A DNA stretch of 64,000 nt from Styela clava (GCF_964204865.1 NC_135251.1:11532001-11596000), one strand, 5' to 3'; counted from the first letter of the stretch, positions 39,880 through 53,541 are shown. Program-made: numbers and translations. Notes: generated by a model from the sequence alone, not told the origin.

Positions 39880-40233
39880 GCGCGGCGGTGTGGCTCAACG
39901 GGCTAAGCGTTAGGAATACGCTCGCCACCGCACCTCTAACTACTCTGCGTGGGTTCGCAGGTTCGAATCCCATGCAGGGATGGTCATGTGCGAGAGGATT
40001 GCTGGACTCCTCGCCGTTGTTGGGTGGTTCACGTAACCGCTGGTCGGTTACGGCTTCCTGCACCACCAAGTCCATGCTTCCGAAAAAAATAAAAAAAATA
40101 CAGTAAATCTAATCCCATACCCGACTTGGAATGGTAACCGGACGAGAGGCCGTGGTTCGCCATATGGATAAGCCGTCTTATCGGCTTTTCTCTCCCCCGG
40201 GATAAATATGTAAATCCTATCCCATCCTATCCT
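39880..40233 (+). mobile_element. Full-length tRNA-derived SINE
   Basis: Pol III A box tggctcaacggg (39891), B box ggttcgaatcc (39960), unique body and 3' (ATCCT)n tail. Four other fragments occur in the window. Confidence 0.88.
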
Positions 40234-40594
40234 AAGTCTGCAAGTAGGCCTACGCCTAGGCCTACCAATAACAGTAGTTTGTCATCTGCTTTCCATCAAA
40301 ACAAAATATAATTGGGCCCTTTACCACGCATTTTTGTGTCCACGGATTGTCATGATATTTTCTGAGTAGTATTGCTTTTATTTCGCCAACACAATCACAG
40401 ATTAAAATGATCACAATTAAATTAATAATAAAGCAAAGCGATGAATATTCATTTTTCATTTACTAATATATTTTAAATATATTTTTATTAAGTACTGAAT
40501 CAAGTTCTACTTTCTGGAAATTTATAACAGATAGTGAGATTTTTCTAACAACGATAACAAATTTGCAAGATCGCAAAAATATGTAACAAAACCA

Positions 40595-40883
40595 AATACG
40601 AGAATATCGGTCAGAGACCGAAGACTTATTGATCGAAAGTTAGGGGTCCCCCAAACAGCGCTCTTACTCCATAGTGACAACGTGTGTCCCATAACTAATT
40701 AATTTTTAACTCGCTAATTATATGACATAATTCATCGAAAATCAATAGTCTACTGATCCAAGCTATGATGAATGCACATGCAAAATTTGGAGCGGATTCG
40801 ACCTCGCTTTCGTGAGATATCGCGTGCATCTAACAGACAAATATCTATCACTATACTTACCGATCTTAAGATCGATAAGTAAT
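40595..40883 (+). mobile_element. Helentron-associated (HINE/DINE-1-like) non-autonomous element
   Basis: 5' hairpin tcggtc-aga-gaccga, subterminal inverted repeat acttattgatc / gatcgataagt, acagaca remnant, and 3' stem-loop tacttaccgatcttaagatcgataagta. Confidence 0.55.
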
Positions 40884-41266
40884 AATCGGGCAACATAGTC
40901 TCACATTATTATGTTCACAGATTGCCGATTGGCATTTTAAAGAATAAATGCTTTCACCTTGTCGTAAGTCGAAGCAACCGCGAGTTACCATGAACACAAT
41001 TAAATTAATATAGAAAGACATTGGATTGAATATTGTGCGACAGAAAGCCAATAATACATTAAAAAAGTCGGCTCTTTTTAACGAACGCAATTACGATTTT
41101 GAAATTCGTTACAATTCTGTTGTATTTGATTTTATTGCTTCTTCGCACAGGTTGTAATAAACGCACTTTGAGTCCGCAAAGGTTTTCGCGTGTGAGAAAA
41201 TAGTCCGCGACCAAAAAAGGTTGGGAAACGCTGATATAATTAATCACTACGGTCGAATTACATAAT

Positions 41267-42077
41267 TTATTTTGGTTTACTTGATTTGATAATACGCAAA
41301 TATTTTTGTAAAATTTCATTATATATGTCTTCCTGAGTTATATCTTCAAACCCAGACATCTCCAAAGCACTGCAATATCTTTCCGGATCGATTTGCCATT
41401 TCTGTAAAAGTCCATCTTTCACTCGTTTGTTAAGACTTTCCAAGTTCATTCCTGCTACCATAACACCTCCAGGTTTCATCACGCGTTGAATTTCGTTTAA
41501 TGACGCAATAATATCAGGCCAAAAATAGAAGCAATTTGTGTGAAACACACCATCAATAATATTGCTATGTAGCGACATCTTCGCAACGTCTTCGTTCAAA
41601 ATCATTAGTTTTCCTTTCGAAATGTGACTTTTGAAAGATTTTCTGGCATCATTACAGATATCGCTCGAGTAATCTACGCCGAATACTGTGCCTTTTCCTT
41701 TTGTTGCAATGTTTTCCAGCGCAGTATTTAATCCATAACCTGAAAAGAGAATATCAAAATAATCATAAAATATATACTATCCTGGCATAGTAATAAAAAA
41801 CGCGCATGAAAAGTTTAAACACAGCGATAACATATATTCGTGACCTATTGCTCCTGAAGTTTCATATTAATGAATTGTTAAGAAGCCCAAATTCATTATT
41901 ACCAAGACCAAATCCCAGTTCCAAGATATTCTGGTCCGGAGTCGCAGCCAAAGCTCGGTAAGTCGATTCTTCAAGATGGAGGTTGTGCTTTAATATTATT
42001 CTTCTTGCAATGAATCCCCAGATTCCCTTCGTTGGTTTTCTCATTTGTGAACTTATATATTTAGCTCCAATTACCAT
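41267..42077 (-). CDS. Class I SAM-dependent methyltransferase (Methyltransf_11, YdaC-like), 215 aa, 2 exons
   Basis: Exons 41903-42077 and 41267-41739 join in phase 1 (648 nt). Motif I ILELGFGLGYG, post-I VFGVDYS, then DGVFHTNCFYFW and EIQRVMKPGG. Confidence 0.88.
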
Positions 42078-42886
42078 TTTGTGTGGTCAAATGTACTAAT
42101 AATATTGAGACATATCAGTCTGACAGGTAAAGATAAATTATTTTCATTGGGCATGTTACAATACAAACTATTAGATTCAATCAGTTGAGAGCCTACAATG
42201 AATAAAACGATTCATCCGCTTGCTGAAATTGTCTACCAACACATGCACACACACATATATACACATACATAAAAATCTACAGCAGTCATTCTTTCGTAGT
42301 AGAGTTTACTACTAATACCTTATGTCTCAAACTCTAAATGCCCTCAAAAATGTCGTGCTACTCACTTGCGTGAATCTCACTACACGCGAATATCCAAACT
42401 CCTATTATACCCATCGTTGTCAATAAAATAGCATGAATTCCCATTCATATATACAGTAATATGCCTAATTTAAATTATTGCCACACAGTGTTGATCCATC
42501 CTAATCAAGAACTGTAGGACACGACATTTTTGAAACATCGTTCATTTATAATGTATTTGGATATCTTTCACACTGTGCCAGCTTTCAAATGTACGTTTGG
42601 TTTGCTCGGATAGATATAAGCGCTAATATGTAGCATCCACCTAAAACTATAAACTACTGCGTGTGTGTCACAGACTCACAACCCAGCCGCCTGAGAACTC
42701 TTGTACTATTTGCTATTTGTTGCACTGAATTCTAATTACAATCTAATACGCAGATCAACTAGCAACTCCTATGGCATTGCGAACGAATGTCTCTGTAAAC
42801 ATGCAGTATTTGTTTTGTCGTATGCTCAGGCATACGTCACTCACGTTACGCGGTTCTGTTAGTGATGAGCTATGCTATGTTCTGAA

Positions 42887-43064
42887 CAGGGCCATATCTA
42901 CCATTAGCAAGGTACATTGATGCCTAGGGGGCATCGTCATATTTTAAACTATCATACATTTTTAAGTTGTTTTTAATTTGTGAACAATTTCCGGTTCGAC
43001 GTTCCAATATACTTTTGACGTCGTTGTTAAAGAGGGGCGTCCTCATCGTCTAAATCCGGCCCTG
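42887..43064. mobile_element. Short hAT-type MITE containing the left duplication breakpoint
   Basis: cagggccatatcta ... taaatccggccctg termini. Confidence 0.65.
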
Positions 43065-43289
43065 GCTCTATGTCTAAATCATGCGAATGCTAAATTCTTT
43101 AAAAATCAGCAATCTTAGGTATGATTGTTCAACAGCACATCTAAACTGCCAGCCATATAATAAGTTTTATCTGTAATCGTGCTCAATAGTCCGATTGTAA
43201 TGCTATAGTATTACGTAAATATTGATCACGTTCGATGCGAACTCTCTTTTGTATTTTTGCGGCTTATACAGTACTTGTGTCTACTAGAT

Positions 43290-44622
43290 CATAGGTTCTC
43301 AAAGTGCTCCGTACGGAGCCCCAGTGCTCCGCAAGAGAAACCCAGGGGCTCCGCGAGCTATTCGATTACTTTTTAAAATACTGACTAATTTCGTAACTGT
43401 TCAAAGAAGCAATAACAGCTTTGATAATATATGACAACAGTATAGCCTCGAAATATGGCAAAGAGGCGGAATTAAAAAATGACATTATTTATAAGCAGGA
43501 GCGCAGCAAGGATTCTTAGAGGGAGGTGGTTCAAAATTGGAATCGGAAATTTCCGCGCAACATTTTTTGCGATTAAAAAAACGGATAACGAGATTTCTGT
43601 TGCGTAAAATATTCAATCCATGTCCATGTCCACATATTCAATCGTTACTCACGTTTGATTCGAGATTACTATTAGGATTACTAAAATGAAAGCATACTAT
43701 TCTAAAATAACATAAAATACGTGATAAACTGCCAACTATAAATAAATTGGAGTCGTATTTTTGCGATCTTGGAATTTGTCAAACTTGATTCGTTCTTTCG
43801 CACTTAAGATTATTTTCAAGCAAGATATCGCCGTTTAAAAAATCGCAATGTCTGGGCAAAATACGAACAATTGAAATTTATTTTATTGCATTCGGCTCCG
43901 TTGGTAGTTTCAGAATGAAAAAGGGTACATCGCGGATCGCGCGCACAATTGATTGCGTGCGGCTCCGTCGGTAGTTTCAAAATGGGAAAAAAAGGTACAT
44001 CGCGCGCACAATTGACTGTGTTTCGATTTCGCAGTTACTACTACGATGAAAACCTAACATAACACCAAATTTTGTGATTTACAATGTCTATAAAAGCGTT
44101 TTCAATCTGAGGCGAGTCTGCTGAAACCAAACGTGTGATCTTCCATTTCAAGTTTTAGTTTTAATATTTTAGAATGCCGCTTTTCAATCAAGAAATGTGA
44201 GTTGCGGATTTACCTCTTTATTAATTATTATTTTTAGCATTTCATCGTCGATGACTATAATATGGTAACATATTTTTCACATTCAACTGATGATTCCCCA
44301 CGAGAACAAAAAAGCAATTAACGTCGTCATTGTGTAACAATACATGTATATGCCGATCGACCCCTAATTTATTAGTATGTTTGTCAAGTGTCAAATTCAC
44401 AGCTTTAGTATATATATATAATTTATGCTTAAAATTTAGTTTTATTTATGACTTGCATCAACCCTATTAAAAAAGGTTCAGCATTTAAATTGGGTAAAGT
44501 ACTTTTAACTTGCTCAGGAATATTAATCTGAAAGTAACAATTTTAACATTTATTTTGGGGCTCCGTGAATAATAGTCAACCTTTTCAAGGGCTCCGCAAC
44601 ACCAAAAGTTTGAGAACCCCTG
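43290..44622. mobile_element. hAT non-autonomous element present only in copy A, 8-bp TSD tactagat
   Basis: cataggttctcaaa / tttgagaacccctg; TSD at 43282-43289 and 44623-44630. Copy B has the empty site gtctaccagataacaatg at ~54591-54608. Confidence 0.88.
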
Positions 44623-45990
44623 TACTAGATAACAATGCCGCGTCAAAGTATGACCTTTGCAGCCTAGAAAATAGAGCAAAATAGGAACCGCATTTAGTAT
44701 TGCTTGTAACTGATGAGTGGAAGAGTAGCAATCTTCTGAACCTTTTACTTTTCATCATTTCTTTTATTCACAAACATAGTCATCTACTAAGCTGTATACT
44801 GCATACTAATCCGTTTTCTGACTGTTTGCAACACAAAATTATCTGCTAACCATGCATGTTAAAAATATGTTGAGATAGTGATTAGCATATGTGAAAATTA
44901 GCCATAAGCGATACAAATTGAGATACCAAACTGGCTTCAATACATCATCGTTGTGGTGTTGGTGTTTGTTCACAGTGTAATAATTAGATACACAAGGTAC
45001 TGTGGTACTGCGTACTCCACCGTTTACGTGCCATTTTAATGTTCACTATGACAAGTCGTGGTGTTCTTATGTTCAATATAGCCTGGAATCTGTATCCTGT
45101 TATTCTTCATAAAAATACTTTAAAATTTATTGCAATTATAATTAATGAAACAAAACGTAAGTAGTCGTAAACGTTTATACCTTATCGATAGGTTATTTGA
45201 CGTTTAATTTTGAATTATAAGTTTTTATACCTGTCAATTTTCATCGCAACTAATAATATTGCCATGAATATCAGATTGCCTGCTTTTGCTTAACTTTTCG
45301 TATGTGCTTTTGAATTTGAGCGTTTTTTCCGATTTATTTAATGATTTAGGTTTAAACTATTTTATATTCAAACTCCGAAGTATGATAACCCTTTATCATT
45401 ATAACGCTACTAGCCTCGATATACAACCACATGGTAGAACTAGAGAGCAGAGAAATCTTTAGGATATCGTATCGATGGAAACGTGAACCCAATTAACCGG
45501 GCAAACGTGAAAAACTATATTGAATTTCTATCCCATACAAAAAAATTGAAATATTTGAGATCGACTGATAACAAATAGCTCAACCTTGTAGTTATAATTA
45601 CATCAGCCATTCTGCTCCTGATATTTTTGCAACAGTTGCTAAGCCTAGGTTTGATTTAACCTGGTATGCTCTATTTGTAGACATTGAGTTTTCAAGAAGA
45701 TAGTCAAATTAGTAATCTGTAAAGAACCTGCACGTCAAATTTCCCAGCATATCATATCCTACAAATTGTGAAGCAGTTGGTTATTGCTAATATCTAGACG
45801 TATATAATTTATCACTTTGTATCATAGCGTATTGAAATTTTAAAAATATTTTGACGAAAAAATTTTTGGGATCCGAATGGTTTTGCTGCAAGATAAAACA
45901 GTCGTTTGTACTCTCTCTTTCGTCAATTCATATTTAACAAACAGCAGATTAACGTTGTTATTATATCTTAACATACAAATATCATATGCT

Positions 45991-46330
45991 CAGGGCCGAT
46001 TTGACCGATTTTATCAAATTGGGCCCCGTCCTTTTCTGTATTATGAGGTACAAATTCCTGCTGAAAATGAAAAGTGAAATAAACTTTCTCATAATATTAA
46101 TTTGTCATGCATGGTAAATTAAATTATCGTTATGTCGCCAATAACAATTAAATTCTTCTGTTCTTCTTTATTTCAGAAATTTAGATTAACATGTTATTAA
46201 ATGTCAATTTTTGGGGTTTTTATGTATGTTTTTTTTATGAAATATGAAAATCCATCAATTTAACTATAAAGAGTAGGGGCCCCGCCATCGGATTTCAAAA
46301 CGGGCCGCGCAATTTCTAGCACCGGCCATG
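45991..46330. mobile_element. hAT MITE, 8-bp TSD catatgct (shared by both copies)
   Basis: cagggccg / cggccatg flanked by catatgct. The paralogous copy is at 56023-56369. Confidence 0.8.
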
Positions 46331-47342
46331 CATATGCTACACAGGAAAAAGTCCTTATACGGCTCTCTTTAAATGCGCCAAATATTAAATTACAAAATTT
46401 GTTCCCGCTCCAGGATAAATGTTTTTTAGAGTATTCCGCAAGTTTCCCATTCAAATATTTTATAAATCAGTGTGTTGTCTTATTTTACCGAAACAAAAAT
46501 CAGATCTATAAACGCATATCATAATAGCAACTTGACAGCTTATTTTAAAAGTAACTTGGCGTCGTTACTACTATATGATCATGCTGCATTTGCATTTGTT
46601 TTATTATTATTGTTGGAGATTTGACCACCCGCTATGGAAGCTGTTATTATGTCACATTTATTTGTCGTTTGGTTTAGACGTCACGGGGAAAACTATAATA
46701 GCCATAAAATAATCCATGAAAAGTTGGATACAATTATAACGGCTTAAATTTCACGCATGCGGCTTTGGTTAACGGCCATCAATTTTATGCGCAACGCACC
46801 GGAAAAATACACTTAGCCCCGAGTTAATCCCGATAACAATTTATCAATCAAACGCTGGTGATGTTCATGATGACCTAACATGTTGACTTCCAGATAGTTC
46901 GATCAGTGTGAGGTGATTTACATTTCAGAGAATGTGATGAGGTGAAAAATAATAAAGCCTAAAAGTGTCATTAATTTGTATTCTGTGGCGTGGTAAGTGT
47001 GGCCTTGCGATTTAGACTGAGTCTCCCGTACGTGATGGAAATGTTTGTTTAATTAAGCCTGATGAAATCCGTAAACTTAAGACGGTCATTAAAATATCGT
47101 TAATCAATATAAGATTTCTGGAGACTCGCATCATCACGAATTCTTCCTATTGTTTAAAATTTAGCCAGCAGGACTAGATTATCAAATTACTAGGGGAATA
47201 GCAAACTCTCTTTCCACGAAAGATCTTAAGGTCTTCCTATTTATTTATTCATCTTCATAATACTATCTTGTTCAGGCACCTTTATGGCAACGGACTTTTA
47301 TGGAAGTAGATAAAAAAGAAGAACCACTTCAATACCCTAATG

Positions 47343-47650
47343 CAGGGCTACTCAACTGGCGGACCGAATCCGGACCTTTCGGGTATTTGATTCGGACCGC
47401 GCCTTATTTTTCATTTTGAATCATTAGCCCCACTTTTAAAGTATCCTTTTATCAAATCACTTTTATAGATTTATATACATATGAAAAGAACTATAACGCC
47501 ATAATAAACAATCTTGATTATCCAATAATCATTAGTCGACGAGGAAGTGCGTGTTTAAGGATGCCGAAATATAATTTCTGAAAAGACCTGACCCAAATAT
47601 TTTTGAAGTTTCGTATGCGGATCTTCGGTAAAAATAGTTGAGTAGCCATG
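47343..47650. mobile_element. hAT MITE present only in copy A
   Basis: cagggctactcaact / agttgagtagcc. Absent at the equivalent site in copy B (~57380). Confidence 0.8.
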
Positions 47651-50600
47651 TAGTAGTAATCTCCCGTGTTGGCAAAATTACATAGTCATAGATTAATAAC
47701 TTTGGTAATTCCCACCATTCCCAACTGTCTTACGCTGTAAATATCTGGTGGATATATTCGAAATGAATACAACACAACGCCGCATAGTGTATTACTTATT
47801 GAGGTTGGTAAGTTCGACAAAATTTTATGTTGTGAATGACTACAGTGCTTATATTCTGTAATGCTCAAATAATCAGAACCGAATTCGGTGCCATCGCCGT
47901 TACTGTATATAGTTCCTCTAAGCATTTGTCTTTTCCTCGAAATTAGTCCTACAACGAGTCGAAAAGTTCACAAAACATACTATGATATTCTAGAAATCAT
48001 TTGCATCTTTAATACTGAAAATAGAGTGAAGCGATTTGTATTTCCAATAACTATACATGAAAAGCACCAACAGGTTAGTAAAATGACTTATGAGTTCACT
48101 TCGTGTAACCAAGAATCGGGCGTTATTGGCTGTCTATGTTCAATGTGGAACATGTAAATGTCTTCATCCATCATTTCTTGAATGATGACGTTTGAATTTT
48201 GATCTGTTGACAATACAAACTCGATGACGTCAGAAAATTTGAACTGACGCCAATTTTCATTTTAAACTTGAAAACATGACAACGTAATTCAATTTGCTAT
48301 ATTTTAATTGCAATGAAATAATAATGTACTTAATAAGAATATATATATGGAAATGTAATTTACTGTTGAAAGGTAAATTAATATTGGTTCTGCGAAAAAC
48401 CAAATAAAATTTGTCATCATGGAGCATTTTAAAATAACCAATCAAGAGAATCTTAGAAAGAAAAGGAAAAAAAACAATATTGAAACCTTAATTGGACAAG
48501 CTTTAAACTATGATACTCTATCAAGCAAGGATAATAATGCGCGAAACATGCTCGGCTGAGCGAGTATACGTTTTCGCAGCGAATACAATTTAAGGTGCTA
48601 CAGACAAGATTGAAACTTTGAAATTTCAATTTTAAAACGAACAAATACTTTAATTTAAAACGAAAATGAATAACACCTTTCACACGTACATGAAGTTTTT
48701 TTGGTAATTAATATTTAATGTTGATCAAGCGATCAATAAAAAAATTAAAGTATATTAAAAAGATAGATAGATATTATAAAGATATTTTGTTTGAAACTTT
48801 CTCACGAATCAAAGAGAATAAAACGGACGCAATGAATGCTAATGGAATAAATACTCAGACACTTTAATAATACACAAAAACTTAATATTATGATGAAAAA
48901 AATATTTTACTAAAATTTTTGAACGATTTATTAGCCAGTTTTATAGTGTAAATATTATTGTAGCAAAATCGCGATAATACTGAAAACAAGGCCGGTGTGC
49001 TATATTACATTATCCACTCTTTCCGATTTCATACTAAAACCATTTGAAGATCATACCGTACGCTTTAAAATTTTGGACTTCTATTTTGGGAGTCAAATTA
49101 CAGAGATGATTTTTGAAAACAAAATAAAAATAGTTCAAATATGCAGCGATTTCACTTCAATCGAATCTGTATTAAAATTAATTTATAGTAATTCAATCAG
49201 GCAATAACGCAAGGTTCACATCCCAGTATTTGATTTCAAACAAAAAAACACTCATAGAAAATACTTCTTGTTGTTTAGATTAGCAAGGTTCATTTATACA
49301 TGCTTGGGATAGAAAATGTTTTCCGTGTTACGCGAGTTCGTACACTTGTGATAGTATTGAACTTTAATTCAGTATTTGTTCTATGTTTGCATAAAGGCAT
49401 GCAGTTAGGTATTATAGGCATTTTGGTTTGCTTAAAACAATAATCTTGTTGTGAAAATATTTCGGGTTTGAAAGACTGTTTTGATCAATTGAGTGCTGAG
49501 GTTGATCGAAAACACTACGCGGTTTAGGGTTAGGCTGTCTCGGTCATTTGAGTACAAGTTCATTGATTCAATAAAAACAAAGATAGGTTCCCTTTCTGCT
49601 CCATTGCAGAATTTTTAGAGCAACGTTTGAGGCGAAATAGGTGGAAATAAATTTGCTAATCACATTTCAGCGTGACAACTTCGTTTATTTAGGAAAATCT
49701 GAAAAATTCGATTTGCCAATTAAAGTTCAAAGTTCGTGGTCTTTTCCGCGTTATTAGGATCAAAGGCTGCAAAAGTTTACGGATCGGTCATGTTATCTGC
49801 TGTGTAAAGCGATGTTTATGCCAGTGTTTACGATGCCCTCATCATCACAGGACGCGGATAAAAGCAGCATTATGAGACTTTATAGTGTTTGTTTAAGTGA
49901 AAAATATTCTAGAACAGGTTGATTATTTCTGGTGACAGTATACAGTACTAAAAATCGTCTCATTCAAGGTTATTTCACGGTAATTTGAATACTGTACCAA
50001 GGTGCGGACATACGTACAGCAATAAAATCGTGAGAATTAGGGACAAAATTATTTTGAAATAGCGTTTCCCCACCTTATGATGATCGAAAACATTCCGATG
50101 TAAATTTATGTTATTGCCAAAATACTTTCACCGGAAATCTAATGGCCATTTTGATCACGAAATGTTTTTATGTCAAACTTGAGCCATCATTGAAAAATTT
50201 TTTTTTTGCGCAAAATCATTTGTGGTCGTGATCGATCGGTTACATAGATTGTGGGTACAGTACTTGGGTGCAAATAAAAGCACTTTTAATCTGATGTATC
50301 CCATAACGATCTCGGCACAGGTTTACAACTAAATTTTATGCGATCATAATAGGCGACTGTATTTACCACATATTCCATTAAAATTCTAAGGGGTATTGAC
50401 AAGTCGGGCATGAAAATTTGACCCTTCATGTCGCATTTTGATGAGATAAATAGAAAATGAAAATCTTTTGGTCGTCATGGGAGACGCCTCGGATGTTCTA
50501 CTAAATGCAAACGATCATAACAATCGAAAATTTTCAAGGAAGATTGTGGAAAAGCAATAAAGGAAGAGTAAACAAGGCTGTTATTTTGAGTTGCAGCGTC

Positions 50601-50714
50601 GGGCAGGCATTTGCACGATCGCTTGATTCAAACTGAATAATATTTGGCGTGATTGAAGCGTGATTGTTATTTAGTTATAAATAATTTGCTAAGTACTTTT
50701 ATAAGAAATTCTGC

Positions 50715-53541
50715 TTATTCTATGAAAGCAAAATCCGCAAGGATCGGATAATGATCGGACACATTCCCATGAATTTTATAAATATCAGTCAATATTTGTC
50801 CTTCGACAAGTCTCAATCCCCTGTAAAATATATGATCTACAGCGGCCCGTCGGTTTAGTAACGTAGAATTAGGGGGATCGGAAGAATTATCGAGGCATTC
50901 GCAAACACATTTACTGTCGTTTGACGGACAATTATCTTTGCAAATCGTATTCGATGTGTCATTCAAAGTCCTTCTTGACGGCCACAAAACACTTTTGAAT
51001 CCTAAATCGTTATCAAACCATATATCTAGCTCTGGCTCTGACGGATTGATATTAAAGTCTCCCATTACAATCACGGGATCTTCTCTTGGTAATTTTCGGA
51101 TATCATCGTGCAAAAACGACATTTGTTGTCGAGATAAATCAGACGATCTTTCACAAGTCCAGTTTTTGTAAACTGCATGCAAGGTGTAAAAATGGATTGT
51201 CTTGTTATGACGGCGCGTCACTAATCCACTTCCTAGCTCGATATCATTCGACTCTTGGCACAATGATTGGACATTACACGCCATTTTGGCCATGGTGTAA
51301 CTCGGAAGTTTTCGTTCGTCACCATTGGGCAATACACTGGCAGATTTGTCAATGATTTCCAAAGTAGACAACATTCCAACCTCAAATGCACCTTGCATAG
51401 GATTTACGATCTTTCCAGCACGTCTGCATGATTTTGAATTCTGCTGCAAATACCCAAAAGTGTCCTTTCCACCCCAATATGCTGGAAGCGTGTTAGCTTC
51501 TTGCAACGCCAAAATATTCGGGTTGTATTCATCCATGATTGTTGTGATAGAGTCGAGATTATTTCGACCGTTCATTTTGTTGCCAAGCAATATATTCCAA
51601 GTCATGACACGGAGGTCAAAATTGTTTTTATTATTTGCTTCGCAAACAGGTGCAGGTGCTGAAGCGTCGCATGAAATTTTATATTGGGTTGATTGATATT
51701 TTGAAATTCCCGCTGATATAAGAATAATGAATATGAACAGTGCTTGACTAGCTTTTTTATATTTTCTTATTTCCCAAAACTCCTTTCTGCTTTGGTCAGA
51801 AAAATTATTCGTTGGCTTTCGTTTTGAATCTGGCGATAAAAGTGGGCCGGTAGATGAAGATCTCAAGCGGTCGACGACATTGATTTTACCCTTTACAATG
51901 GGGCAAATTATTAATGGTAGAATGCCTAGAATAACTTCGATCCATGTTATGAGTCCTATTTTTCCATGCACAATGCTTGATAGTTGTGGATTGATGAACA
52001 TGATTTTCAAGACGTGAAGAATAAAGAAAACAAACCCGCTCATACCGACGAGGACTCCAGGCAGAGCAGACGTTGTTTTTCTTTTTCCGTTAGTTTGAAA
52101 TGTTTTGCACGTTGAAGTAAGATTTGAAGATGAGAATAAAACGATCCGAAATAACAGTGGAAATGAAAGGCATAACAGACAGGAACCGAATAAAAACGAA
52201 CTGTTTTTTGTGTAAAGAATGAGAGATGTCCCAACGATCAGTAAGATGATAATGAATCCATGCATTCCGATCTGGAAGATCCTATGTCGCGTTGCCTTGA
52301 AAGAAAATATGAGTATTATTTTTATTTCCTACAATCTTCATTAAAACAAATGAGGCAATGGAAGAGTTAACGTTTATTAAGGGTATGGTTTTACCCGGTC
52401 CTGCCAAACCGTTATTATTCCAATTCTACCTGGCCAATCTAGCGAGGTTTGAGAAGTTGTGTATGTGCAATGCCGAACCTGGAATATCCCGGTCCTGCAA
52501 GGCCTATGTCTCTCTCCAGACCTGTGAATTCCTAATTTGAATGTGTTTGCGCAGTAAACTCCTCACGCAGTCTGTGAGACGTTTTTTATGTTAAAGTTTT
52601 CAATTCTCTTATAGGTGAAAAATAATTTCGCAAAGCTGAATTTGTCAACGACTCATTACAACAAATCATCTGCTTCCGTTGTAATGAATTATTCAATTAT
52701 ATTATCATCATTTTAATCCCTAAATATGTCTTCATTGCAGTAATAAAGCGTAATTTGAATGATTCACGTCGGCTATTGGTCACAATCTAATGCCTTCGCA
52801 AAAACCCTTTCGAATCCCGATTTTTATGATCAAAGAAAATTATCTTTAACGAGTGGACTATGGAATGCTATTAAAAGCATTTCGTCTATTATCTTTGGTA
52901 TTAAAAAATTCAAACAGAAATGATTTTATATGAAAAAAGTGAAATAAATAGGTTCACAAAAATACCTGAAATTTTGAAGTGGAATTTTCGTCCGACTCTG
53001 TGTCTCTAAATTTTGATAAAGCCTCCACATCCACAAGAATGGCTGCAAGACAGCCCACAGCAAAGCTTGCCAATATGAGATTCCCGGATAAGTATGTGGG
53101 AATTTCTCCCCAGAGACACAAAACGTCGGGTGATGATAATATCCACAGCGAGAGTGACGAAAGAGATCCTATGGCGGTAGCAAGAATTATAGCGTAGAAA
53201 AATGCGTAACACTGCTGTGCTGCTACCGATATATTTGCATTATGAACATTGTGATCCGGGACAGACGCTACAATAGCATTATCCTTTATTGGACTTGGTA
53301 TTTGGTGATCGTTTGGATTCTGACAAAGAGTAGTGTCTTTCAATAGGTCGTCGTGTGCCTCTGGATATTTTTCATCGTATTGCAGTTTTGTCGATATTGA
53401 AAATTTATCTTTATCCAATTGGTCACTATCATTTGCGTTTGCTTTATAAAGCTGAACTTGTGCTTTGAAATAATTATCGTGGTTACCGTTACATTCTTTC
53501 GAGCTGTTGTCGATAGTCTTGGATGAAATTAGTTTTTCCAT
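50715..53541 (-). CDS. N-terminally truncated duplicate of the membrane EEP-domain gene (open frame, ~718 aa; possibly a pseudogene)
   Basis: Exons 52966-53541 and 50715-52295 join in phase 0 with no stops. Homology to the full gene stops at 53555, removing the first ~233 codons and the native promoter. An in-frame ATG lies at 53541. Confidence 0.6.

Noticed and set aside
39880-39980. Possible tRNA gene (A and B boxes)
   Set aside because: No clean cloverleaf. It continues into a repeated body with a tandem tail and has several diverged copies, so it is a SINE.
42856-42889. C box (gtgatga) and D box (ctga) with a short terminal stem
   Set aside because: Only 13 nt between the boxes, no host gene, and the stem overlaps a MITE terminus.
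43892-44015. Two ~65-bp direct repeats (cggctccg..ggtagtttc...ggtacatcgcg...cacaattga)
   Set aside because: Only two units, internal to a hAT element. Not a CRISPR-like or satellite array.
47686-49207. Short ORFs repeated in both duplication copies (e.g. 47686-47925, 48453-48683, 48995-49207)
   Set aside because: Similarity is explained by the duplication itself. There are no recognisable domains, and frames shift between copies.
50938-51696. Plus-strand ORFs overlapping the EEP gene
   Set aside because: Antisense shadow ORFs of a real coding exon.
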